64,000 bases of DNA from Alphaproteobacteria bacterium (GTDB lineage Bacteria; Pseudomonadota; Alphaproteobacteria; UBA8366; GCA-2717185): positions 337,087-401,086 of the forward strand of contig WLWY01000006.1 of the NCBI GenBank assembly GCA_012103325.1, written 5' to 3'. Made by a program: the position numbers and the translations under genes. Below the pieces are notes generated by a model. That model was not told the DNA's origin. It searched no databases and saw nothing but the letters and a program-made list of their open reading frames with translations. Of this stretch, positions 56,089 through 64,000 are shown piece by piece; position 1 is the first letter of the stretch; each line of letters begins with the position of its first letter.

Positions 56089-59000
56089 TTACGCATCCCA
56101 TGCCGCCTGAAGCGCATTTTGAAAGTCAGTATCGTTGGCAATGCCAGACGGCAAGTCCGGGTCGCTTCCGGTAGGCGCCGTAAAGCCAGCCATTGCATTG
56201 ACAAGCGACTGGACTTCATTCGCCTCCAACACGCCTGTTTCGTCCGCCACCTCAATACGGTCGACCCTTTTTGCTGTATCAGTAAACCAATTTGTCAGCG
56301 ATACGGTGTCGCTTAACCCAACGATACTGATTTCCAGATTGTTGCCGGATTGCGTCAGCCAAAGCTGATCCGACGCAATTCCGGCGTCGAACGTCAACGT
56401 ATCGGTCGACGAGCCGTCGCTGCCGGTATTATCGAGAGTATCTACGCCGTCGCCGCGGCCGAACATGTAGGTGTCGCTGCCAGTACCGCCATTCAAAATG
56501 TCGTTCCCCGCACCACCATCCAGTGTATCCGCGCCTTCTTGACCGACGAGCCAGTCGTTGCCACCGTCACCGTTCAGGATGGCGCCTTCCGTACCGGCAT
56601 CAAGTGTATCGTTGCCATCCCCGCCGCGTAGCGTATCGAAGCCTGCGCCGCCATGCAGATAATCGGCACCGGCATCGCCGTTAACGACGTCCGCGCCACC
56701 GCTGCCATAGAGGTCATCGTCGCCATCGCCGCCATGCAAGGTATCTGCGTCCGCACCGCCATCGAGGTAATCCGCGCCATCACCGCCGCCAAGGATATCG
56801 TTTCCGGCACTGCCGTTCAGCGTATCGGCGCCACCGAGGCCGACAAGAACGTCGCCACCGGCATTGCCGGTAAGCGTATCGCCGCCGGAGCCACCAGCCA
56901 GCCAGTCGATCCCGCTGCCGCCGGTCTGCGTCACACCCGTGGTGTTGCCCAGCGCGTTCTGCGTCGTCGACAGCGAAGAAATAGCGATCGTCGTACCGTC
57001 GAAGAACTTCAGCGTTTCGATCTTGTCCTTCGTGTCCGTCCAGTTTTCGATCGTGACCCGGTCAGACAAGGATGCGAACGCGGTATCAGGGCTGGCCGAA
57101 TCGACGATGCCAACTTTCAGCGTGCTTCCGCTCAAATCCAGAGCAACGTCCGAAACGGCAATGTCGGAACCGAAGGATAGAATGTCGCTCCCCGCATTGT
57201 ATTCCACTGTCGGATAGGTCATATGGCTGGTATCGACCCAGTTTTCACCGTCATGATAACCACTGACCACCCAGGTCGGCACGACCGCTTGATATTCATC
57301 GCGGATCGTATCAAGCCCGTCGCCGCGCAAGAAACCATAGGTATCATTGCCGTCGCCGCCTTCCAGGCGATCCGTCCCCGTACCGCCATATAACTCGTCG
57401 GCACCACCGCTGCCGATCAGCGTATCCGTTCCCGCAAACCCATAGAGCGCATTGGCGCTGCTGTTTCCGGATACGGTTTCATTCGACGATGTCCCGGCAA
57501 TAAGACCTGCCGGATTGCTCACCGTAACCGACACCGTCGCCGTGTCCGTACCACCATTCAGATCGTCGACCTGCGCCGTGAAGCTGTCGGTACCGTAGAA
57601 CCCAAGTTCCGGCCGGTAGCTGAACACCCCGTCCGTCCCCATATCTACAAAACCATCCGAAGGTCCGGCGGTGATCGAATAGGACTGTGCCTGACCACTA
57701 TCAACATCAGTCGCGCTCAGCGTCCCAACGCCGGTGCTGTTCGGGCTCAGCGTAATGCTTTGATCCGATGCGACAGGCGCGTCGTTCACAGCGGCAACAT
57801 TCACCGTCACCGTCCCGTTCGACGTCCCGCCATTGCCGTCACCCGCCGTGTACTCGAATGTTGCCGCACCGTTGAAGTTCGCGCTCGGCGTGAACACAAC
57901 GTCCCCATTCACATCCAGCGTCGCCGTCCCGTTCACCGCGTTCTGAACCGCCGTCAAGGTCAGCGAATCGTTCTCGATGTCCGTGTCGTTCGACAGCAGC
58001 GTCGATGCCAGGATCGTCTTCGCTGTATCCTCCGTCGCCGAAACGCTGTCCGAAACCACTACCGGTGCATCGTTCACCGCGGCCACGTTCACCGTCACCG
58101 TCCCGTTCGACGTCCCGCCATTGCCGTCACCCGCCGTGTACTCGAATGTCGCCGCACCGTTGAAGTTCGCACTCGGCGTGAACACAACGTCGCCGTTCAC
58201 GTCCAGCGTCGCCGTCCCGTTCACCGCATTCTGAACCGTTGTTATAGTCAGTGTGTCGTTCTCGATATCCGTGTCGTTCGACAGCAGCGTCGATGCCAGG
58301 ATCGTCTTCGCCGTGTCCTCCGTCGCCGAAACGCTGTCCGAAACCGCTACCGGCGCATCGTTCACCGCGGCCACGTTCACCGTCACCGTCCCATTCGACG
58401 TTCCGCCATTACCATCACCCGCCGTGTATTCGAACGTCGCCGCACCGTTGAAGTTCGCGCCCGGCGTGAACACAACGTCCCCATTCACGTCCAGCGTCGC
58501 CGTCCCGTTCACCGCATTCTGAACCGCCGTCAAGGTCAGCGAATCGTTCTCGATATCCGTGTCGTTCGACAGCAGCGTCGATGCCAGGATCGTCTTCGCC
58601 GTGTCCTCCGTCGCCGAAACGCTGTCCGAAACCGCCACTGGCGCGTCGTTCACAGCGGCGACGTTCACCGTCACCGTCCCGTTCGACGTTCCGCCATTGC
58701 CATCACCCGCCGTGTACTCGAACGTCGCCGCACCGTTAAAGTTCGCGCCCGGCGTGAACACAACGTCCCCATTCACGTCCAGCGTCGCCGTCCCATTCAC
58801 CGCATTCTGAACCGCCGTCAAGGTTAGCGAATCGTTATCAATGTCCGTGTCGTTCGACAGCAGGGTCGATGCCAGAATTGTCTTCGGTGTGTCCTCCGTC
58901 GCCGAAACGCTGTCCGAAACCGCCACCGGTGCGTTATTCACCGTGACATTGACCGTCGCGTTCGACGTTCCGCCCTTGCCGTCACTCACCACGTAATCGA

Positions 59001-62000
59001 ACGTCGCCACCCCAGAGAAGGTCGGGTCCGGCGTGAACAGCACGTCGCCGTTCACGTCCAGCGTTGCCGTCCCATCCGCCGCATTTTGCACCGCAACAAG
59101 GAATGGCGTATCGCCGTCCACGTCGCTGTCGTTAGACAACAATGACGACGCAAGAATTGTGACCGCAGCACCCTTCTGCGTCACCGCACTGTCCGCGACC
59201 ACCGTCGGCGCGTCGTTCAGGCCATCGATGGTTACCGTTACCGTGCCGGCGGATGCGCCACCCTGACCGTCCGATACGGCGTAAGTGAAGCTGTCCGTAT
59301 CCGTTTCATTGCTAGCCAGCCCATCAAACTGTCCATTCGGATCATAATCGAAGGTGCCGTCCGCATTCAGCGTCAGCAAAGCACCCGATGCCAGAGTCGT
59401 CTGGGTACCGACATCGGCGGTTTCGTTGTTCACACCGGAGATGGTCAGCGTCCCGCCATCCAAATCCGAATCCGCGCCTGCGCCGCCCAGCACATCGCCG
59501 CTGATGATCGTATCCTGGTTGGTGAATTCTGCGTCAGGGCGCGCAATCGGCAGCAAATTGTCGTTATCGACAACAACCGATTGATCCGCGAAGGAGAGCA
59601 GCTCAACGCCCATGACCGTGTCCGTACCATTGGTACCAACCTGATCCGTCACCGTCAGCGTCGAGCCGGACCACGAGAAGCCGTAATCGGCCAGGTCACC
59701 CGAGAACACCGCCGTATCCACACCGGCGCCGCCGTCCAGGGCATCGTTGCCCCCACGCCCTTCCAGGATATCGTCTTCCCCGCCGCCATTCAGCGTATCA
59801 GCACCGCTCTGACCGGCAAGCTGGTCGTTACCGTCGCCACCGTTCAGAAGGCCGCCATCGAGCCCCGCGTCGAGTATGTCGTCGCCGATACCGCCATCCA
59901 ACGTATCGAAGCCGCTACCACCCTGTAGCGTGTCAGCACCATCGCCACCGGCAAGCGAGTCGGCGCCGGCACCGCCATCGAGGAAATCAGCCCCGTCTTC
60001 GCCAGATATAGCGTCATTGCCACCGTGACCGAAAAGGGTGTTCGCGCCGCTGTCACCGGTAATCGTGTCTGCACCGACATTCGACCCGAAGACGTTTTCG
60101 ATCGAGGTTAACGTATCGCTGCCGTCACCGCTGGCAACGCCATTGCCACTACCATTATCCAGATCGACCGTCACCGCGCCCGATACATCGTAAAAATCGA
60201 CGCTATCGATCCCGCCACCGCCATCAAGCGTATCGTTGCCGGCGCCGCCGACCAAAGTATCGTTGCCGCCGAAGCCTTCGATCACATTGCCGGCACCATC
60301 GCCAATCAACACATCGCCAAATGCCCCGCCGCGAAGATTTTCGAACGCCAAAAGCGTATCGTCGCCAGAACCACCGGACGCCGTGCCCGCCGCCAAGTCG
60401 GCATGCACGCCGTCGGTTGCGGACGCAAAAGATGCCGTGTCGGTACCATCACCGCCGGTCAGCACGTCCGAGCCAGCCCCACCATCCACAACATCATTGC
60501 CAGCAAAACCGTTCAGGACGTTTGCACCGGAATTTCCGACAATCGTATCGTCGCCGGTATTCGATCCGTACGCATTCTCGATCGAGACCAAGGTATCGTT
60601 TCCATCGGTACCCGTCATCGTGCCGCCGGCGAGGTCGATATTCACCGCACCCGTCGCATAAAAATAGTCGGCTAAATCGGTGCCCGCACCGCCATCCAGC
60701 GCATCGTTGCCTAAATCACCACGGAAGTTATCGTCACCAGCGCCGCCATAGACAACGTCGTTGCCACTGCCGGCAACCAACTGGTCATTGCCATCTTCGC
60801 CGTACAGCGTGTCAGTACCATCAACACCATAGAGCACGTCGTTACCCGCGCCGCCATAGACAGTGTCGTTGCCGGCACTGCCGTCGACGAGATCGTCCCC
60901 CGCGCCGCCGTTTACAACATCGTCGCCGCCATTCCCATACAATGCGTCAGCACCGGCCAAGCCCTGCAGGTTATCGTTACCGTCATAACCGAACAGGGTA
61001 TTTATTCCGTCGTCGCCAGTCAGCGTATCGGCAAAGTTCGATCCGTTGATATTCTCGATACCAATCAGCGTGTCGCCCTGCGCATCGCCACCAACACCCG
61101 TTCCTGCTTCGAGGTCGACGGTTACACCCGCACCGGAAGCCAAATATGTCGCAGTATCCGCGCCATCACCGCCGCTCAACACATCCGCACCAGCACCGCC
61201 ACTAATGAGATCGGCGCCACCGAGGCCGACAAGAACGTCGCCACCGGCATTGCCGGTAAGCGTATCGCCGCCAGAACCACCAGCCAGCCAGTCCATACCG
61301 CTGCCGCCGGTTTGCGTCACACCCGTGGTGTTGCCCAGCGCGTTCTGCGTCGTCGACAATGAAGAAATAGCGATCGTCGTGCCGTCGAAGAACTCCAGCG
61401 TTTCAACCTTGTCGTTCGTGTTCGTCCAATTCTCAATTGTGACCCGGTCCGAGAGAGAACCGAATGCCGTATCAGGACTGCTGGAATCGACGATACCGAC
61501 TTTCAGCGTGCTTCCACTCAATTCAAGCGCAACATCCGAAACGGCGATGTCGGAGCCGAAGGAAATGATATCCGAACCACCGTCCTGTGATACCGGCCCT
61601 GGTCCAAGGACCGGTGGGACATAGTTGTTTTCATCATCGGTGTATCCCGGTACGACGACCACCTGGTTCGCTACCATCGGTGTATAATCATCATGGATGG
61701 TATCGAGGCCATCTCCACGCAGGAACCCGTAGGTATCGTTGTGCTGGCCACCTTCAAGACGGTCTGCGCCCGTACCGCCATATAACTCGTCGGCACCACC
61801 GCTGCCGATCAGCGTATCCGTTCCCGCAAACCCATAGAGCGCATTAGCGCTGCTGTTTCCGGATACGGTTTCATTCGACGATGTCCCGGCAATAAGACCC
61901 GCCGGGTTGCTCACCGTAACCGACACCGTCGCCGTATCCGTACCGCCATTCAAATCGTCGACCTGCGCCGTGAAACTGTCGGTGCCGTAGAACCCAAGTT

Positions 62001-63999
62001 CCGGCCGGTAGCTGAACACCCCGTCCGTTCCCATATCCACAAAACCATCCGAAGGTCCGGAAGAGATCGAATAGGACTGTGCCTGACCACTATCAACGTC
62101 AGTCGCGCTCAGCGTTCCAACACCGGTGCTATTCGGGCTCAGCGTGATGCTCTGATCCGATGCGACAGGCGCGTCATTCACAGCGGCGACGTTTACCGTC
62201 ACCGTCGCGCTCGATACTGCCCCATTCCCATCACCCGCCGTGTACTCGAATGTTGCCGCACCGTTAAAGTTCGCGCTCGGCGTGAACACAACGTCCCCAT
62301 TCACGTCCAGCGTCGCCGTCCCATTCACCGCGTTCTGGACCGTTGTCAGAGTCAGCGTGTCGTTGTTCATGTCGGTATCGTTGCCAAGCAACGACGCCGC
62401 CGTGATCGTCCCAATCGTATCTTCAGTTCCTGCAATGACATCGTCGACCGCTTCCGGCGCAAAATTCACGGAACCAACCGTCACCGTGACCGTTGCACTC
62501 GACGTACCGCCTTGACCATCCGAAATCGTATAGGTGAAGGTGTCGGTATCTGTCTCGCCGTTGCCCAGGGTATCGAACTGTCCGTTCGGGTCGTAATCAA
62601 ACGTCCCATTCCCGTTCAGTGTCAGCAAGGCACCCGATGTCAGCGTAATCTGATTGCCGAGATTGCCTGCCGCACCTTCAACCTCGGTCACGGTAAGTGT
62701 GCCGCCGTCGATATCGATATCCGCCCCGGCACCACTCAGGACGTCGCCGCTGATCGCAGTCTCCTTGTTCGTTGCGGCAGAATCGGAAACAGCAACCGGA
62801 CCGGCATTGGTCGCACTGATTGCCATACCGTGATCGTCGAACTGAAGCGTCTCGATTCCCGTCAGCGTATCCGCTCCGCCCCCGCCGGTTAGCGCAGTCA
62901 CTGTCACTGTAGAGCCTGACCACACGGCGGTATAATCCGCCGCACTGCCCGTAAAGACCGCCGTATCAGCGCCGGCGCCACCGGTCAAAACATCGCTGCC
63001 GTCACCGCCGCTCAAGGTATCGTCGCCAACACCGCCAAGCAGCGAATCATGACCGGCGGCGCCATATAGAATATTGTTCCCGCTGTCGCCCGTCAGGACA
63101 TCATCGAATCCCGACCCCGAAACACCCTCGACACCAATAAGCGTATCGGTTTCGCTGAGCGTCCCATTCGGGACCGCTACTGTGATTGTCGAGCCCGCGG
63201 AAAGATCCACCGTCACGCCGGCACTCGCTTCGGCAAAGGAAGCGACGTCCAGGCCAACGCCACCGTCCAACCAATCTGCGCCCGTACCGCCGGCCAGAGT
63301 ATCGTCACCGTCGCCGCCGAGTAGCGTATCGCCGCCGCCAAGGCCGGACAGAACGTTCGCGCCAGTATTGCCGGTTAGTGTGTTGACGTCCGCGTTGCCG
63401 GTCGCCGAAACGTCCGCCGAACCCGTCAGCGCCAGAATATCGACCCGATTCGGCAAGGCAAACGATTCCGCACTTTCGATACGATCGACCCCCGCATCCG
63501 GCAGGATCGCCGCGCCCTCGGTCTTCACGTAGTCGCCAAGCGCATTGCCTGCTTCAATCTGTGCGCCCCAGACGTAAACATTCTCGCCTTCGGTAAGCGT
63601 GTTCTCGCTGCCAAGCCGGAAGTAGTGCTGTCCGGTGTTGACGATATCCGCCGATACCGAGAAGCGTTGCCATTCGCCCGTTATGTCAATCGATTCACTG
63701 GTCAGCACCGTCCAACCGCTAGTGTTGTCGGCCACGAGCAATTGCGTCGAGACTGTTCCGCCGTCGGCACTCTTAAGATAAATCGACCACTGATACGTTC
63801 CCGTCTCGGTCAGACTGGGAAGTAGGCTTAAGTCCGCATTGCCTGATGCATCCGGTGTGAGCAAATCCGCTGTTTCGGAACCGTCGGGCGCGATAGCCGC
63901 ATCCGCTGTGACGGACGACTCATACTTACTCCAACTCGAGTCGCCGAATTCTTCCGAATAAACAACCAGGTTCGAGCCTTCACCCACGACCGTGTCGTC
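56089..63999 (-). CDS. Giant RTX/cadherin-like repeat adhesin (T1SS substrate), 5'-truncated by the window edge
   Basis: Many GGxGxDxLx nonapeptides, NDAPVA..D cadherin/Ig-like repeats, VCBS-like TFDYDPNGQF units and a haemolysin-type C-terminus (LWLTQSGNNLEI...NWF...LVNAMA.F). The frame is open to the window end. Confidence 0.92.
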   Translation of the reverse strand, partial: DDTVVGEGSNLVVYSEEFGDSSWSKYESSVTADAAIAPDGSETADLLTPDASGNADLSLLPSLTETGTYQWSIYLKSADGGTVSTQLLVADNTSGWTVLTSESIDITGEWQRFSVSADIVNTGQHYFRLGSENTLTEGENVYVWGAQIEAGNALGDYVKTEGAAILPDAGVDRIESAESFALPNRVDILALTGSADVSATGNADVNTLTGNTGANVLSGLGGGDTLLGGDGDDTLAGGTGADWLDGGVGLDVASFAEASAGVTVDLSAGSTITVAVPNGTLSETDTLIGVEGVSGSGFDDVLTGDSGNNILYGAAGHDSLLGGVGDDTLSGGDGSDVLTGGAGADTAVFTGSAADYTAVWSGSTVTVTALTGGGGADTLTGIETLQFDDHGMAISATNAGPVAVSDSAATNKETAISGDVLSGAGADIDIDGGTLTVTEVEGAAGNLGNQITLTSGALLTLNGNGTFDYDPNGQFDTLGNGETDTDTFTYTISDGQGGTSSATVTVTVGSVNFAPEAVDDVIAGTEDTIGTITAASLLGNDTDMNNDTLTLTTVQNAVNGTATLDVNGDVVFTPSANFNGAATFEYTAGDGNGAVSSATVTVNVAAVNDAPVASDQSITLSPNSTGVGTLSATDVDSGQAQSYSISSGPSDGFVDMGTDGVFSYRPELGFYGTDSFTAQVDDLNGGTDTATVSVTVSNPAGLIAGTSSNETVSGNSSANALYGFAGTDTLIGSGGADELYGGTGADRLEGGQHNDTYGFLRGDGLDTIHDDYTPMVANQVVVVPGYTDDENNYVPPVLGPGPVSQDGGSDIISFGSDIAVSDVALELSGSTLKVGIVDSSSPDTAFGSLSDRVTIENWTNTNDKVETLEFFDGTTIAISSLSTTQNALGNTTGVTQTGGSGMDWLAGGSGGDTLTGNAGGDVLVGLGGADLISGGAGADVLSGGDGADTATYLASGAGVTVDLEAGTGVGGDAQGDTLIGIENINGSNFADTLTGDDGINTLFGYDGNDNLQGLAGADALYGNGGDDVVNGGAGDDLVDGSAGNDTVYGGAGNDVLYGVDGTDTLYGEDGNDQLVAGSGNDVVYGGAGDDNFRGDLGNDALDGGAGTDLADYFYATGAVNIDLAGGTMTGTDGNDTLVSIENAYGSNTGDDTIVGNSGANVLNGFAGNDVVDGGAGSDVLTGGDGTDTASFASATDGVHADLAAGTASGGSGDDTLLAFENLRGGAFGDVLIGDGAGNVIEGFGGNDTLVGGAGNDTLDGGGGIDSVDFYDVSGAVTVDLDNGSGNGVASGDGSDTLTSIENVFGSNVGADTITGDSGANTLFGHGGNDAISGEDGADFLDGGAGADSLAGGDGADTLQGGSGFDTLDGGIGDDILDAGLDGGLLNGGDGNDQLAGQSGADTLNGGGEDDILEGRGGNDALDGGAGVDTAVFSGDLADYGFSWSGSTLTVTDQVGTNGTDTVMGVELLSFADQSVVVDNDNLLPIARPDAEFTNQDTIISGDVLGGAGADSDLDGGTLTISGVNNETADVGTQTTLASGALLTLNADGTFDYDPNGQFDGLASNETDTDSFTYAVSDGQGGASAGTVTVTIDGLNDAPTVVADSAVTQKGAAVTILASSLLSNDSDVDGDTPFLVAVQNAADGTATLDVNGDVLFTPDPTFSGVATFDYVVSDGKGGTSNATVNVTVNNAPVAVSDSVSATEDTPKTILASTLLSNDTDIDNDSLTLTAVQNAVNGTATLDVNGDVVFTPGANFNGAATFEYTAGDGNGGTSNGTVTVNVAAVNDAPVAVSDSVSATEDTAKTILASTLLSNDTDIENDSLTLTAVQNAVNGTATLDVNGDVVFTPGANFNGAATFEYTAGDGNGGTSNGTVTVNVAAVNDAPVAVSDSVSATEDTAKTILASTLLSNDTDIENDTLTITTVQNAVNGTATLDVNGDVVFTPSANFNGAATFEYTAGDGNGGTSNGTVTVNVAAVNDAPVVVSDSVSATEDTAKTILASTLLSNDTDIENDSLTLTAVQNAVNGTATLDVNGDVVFTPSANFNGAATFEYTAGDGNGGTSNGTVTVNVAAVNDAPVASDQSITLSPNSTGVGTLSATDVDSGQAQSYSITAGPSDGFVDMGTDGVFSYRPELGFYGTDSFTAQVDDLNGGTDTATVSVTVSNPAGLIAGTSSNETVSGNSSANALYGFAGTDTLIGSGGADELYGGTGTDRLEGGDGNDTYGFLRGDGLDTIRDEYQAVVPTWVVSGYHDGENWVDTSHMTYPTVEYNAGSDILSFGSDIAVSDVALDLSGSTLKVGIVDSASPDTAFASLSDRVTIENWTDTKDKIETLKFFDGTTIAISSLSTTQNALGNTTGVTQTGGSGIDWLAGGSGGDTLTGNAGGDVLVGLGGADTLNGSAGNDILGGGDGADYLDGGADADTLHGGDGDDDLYGSGGADVVNGDAGADYLHGGAGFDTLRGGDGNDTLDAGTEGAILNGDGGNDWLVGQEGADTLDGGAGNDILNGGTGSDTYMFGRGDGVDTLDNTGSDGSSTDTLTFDAGIASDQLWLTQSGNNLEISIVGLSDTVSLTNWFTDTAKRVDRIEVADETGVLEANEVQSLVNAMAGFTAPTGSDPDLPSGIANDTDFQNALQAAWDA
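56826..62340 (-). repeat. Dispersed ~1.1-kb intragenic duplication (copies at ~56826-57960 and ~61212-62340)
   Basis: Near-identical DNA at an offset of 4386-4392 bp. The 6-bp offset change falls at the variable insert. Confidence 0.85.
57780..58935 (-). repeat. Four tandem 288-bp (96-aa) cadherin-like repeats
   Basis: GTCGCCGAAACGCTGTCCGAAAC recurs at about 58034, 58322, 58610 and 58898. Confidence 0.9.
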
Positions 64000-64000
64000 C

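Overview
GC-rich, gene-dense chromosomal window, by protein content an alphaproteobacterium (Rhodospirillales-like; inferred, not proven). Roughly 1-44.6 kb is a patchwork of catabolic and oxidoreductase genes. It includes two xanthine-dehydrogenase/CoxL-family Mo subunits around an XRE-pyrK-pyrD block, CoxG, two GSTs, two LLM monooxygenases, tdh/kbl, and FdrA next to an HpxW-like GGT. It also has an amidase, three ketopantoate-reductase paralogues, TauD, a NaChBac-type Na+ channel, upp, an MFS/LysR pair, a TPR protein, Rieske dioxygenase alpha/beta subunits and PrpD. At 44.7-51.9 kb a tightly coupled six-gene operon (TetR, lipase-like hydrolase, secreted hypothetical, DUF2145-like, LplT-PlsC-acyl-ACP-synthetase fusion, CREST/ceramidase-like) follows two TGAAC-N3-GTTCA operators. 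This is the best candidate for an uncharacterised lipid salvage/remodelling system. The 51.9-53.8 kb stretch is decayed, partly AT-rich and holds two single-stop pseudogenes, an IS3 right-end remnant and REP-like inverted repeats. After dcp, the window ends in the 3' 7.9 kb of a giant RTX/cadherin-like adhesin carrying a phage-fibre-like domain and a duplicated module with swapped variable loops. Several MITE/REP-like palindromic elements lie between genes. No rRNA, tRNA or CRISPR array was seen. All functional calls come from motif recognition by eye; no database search was run.
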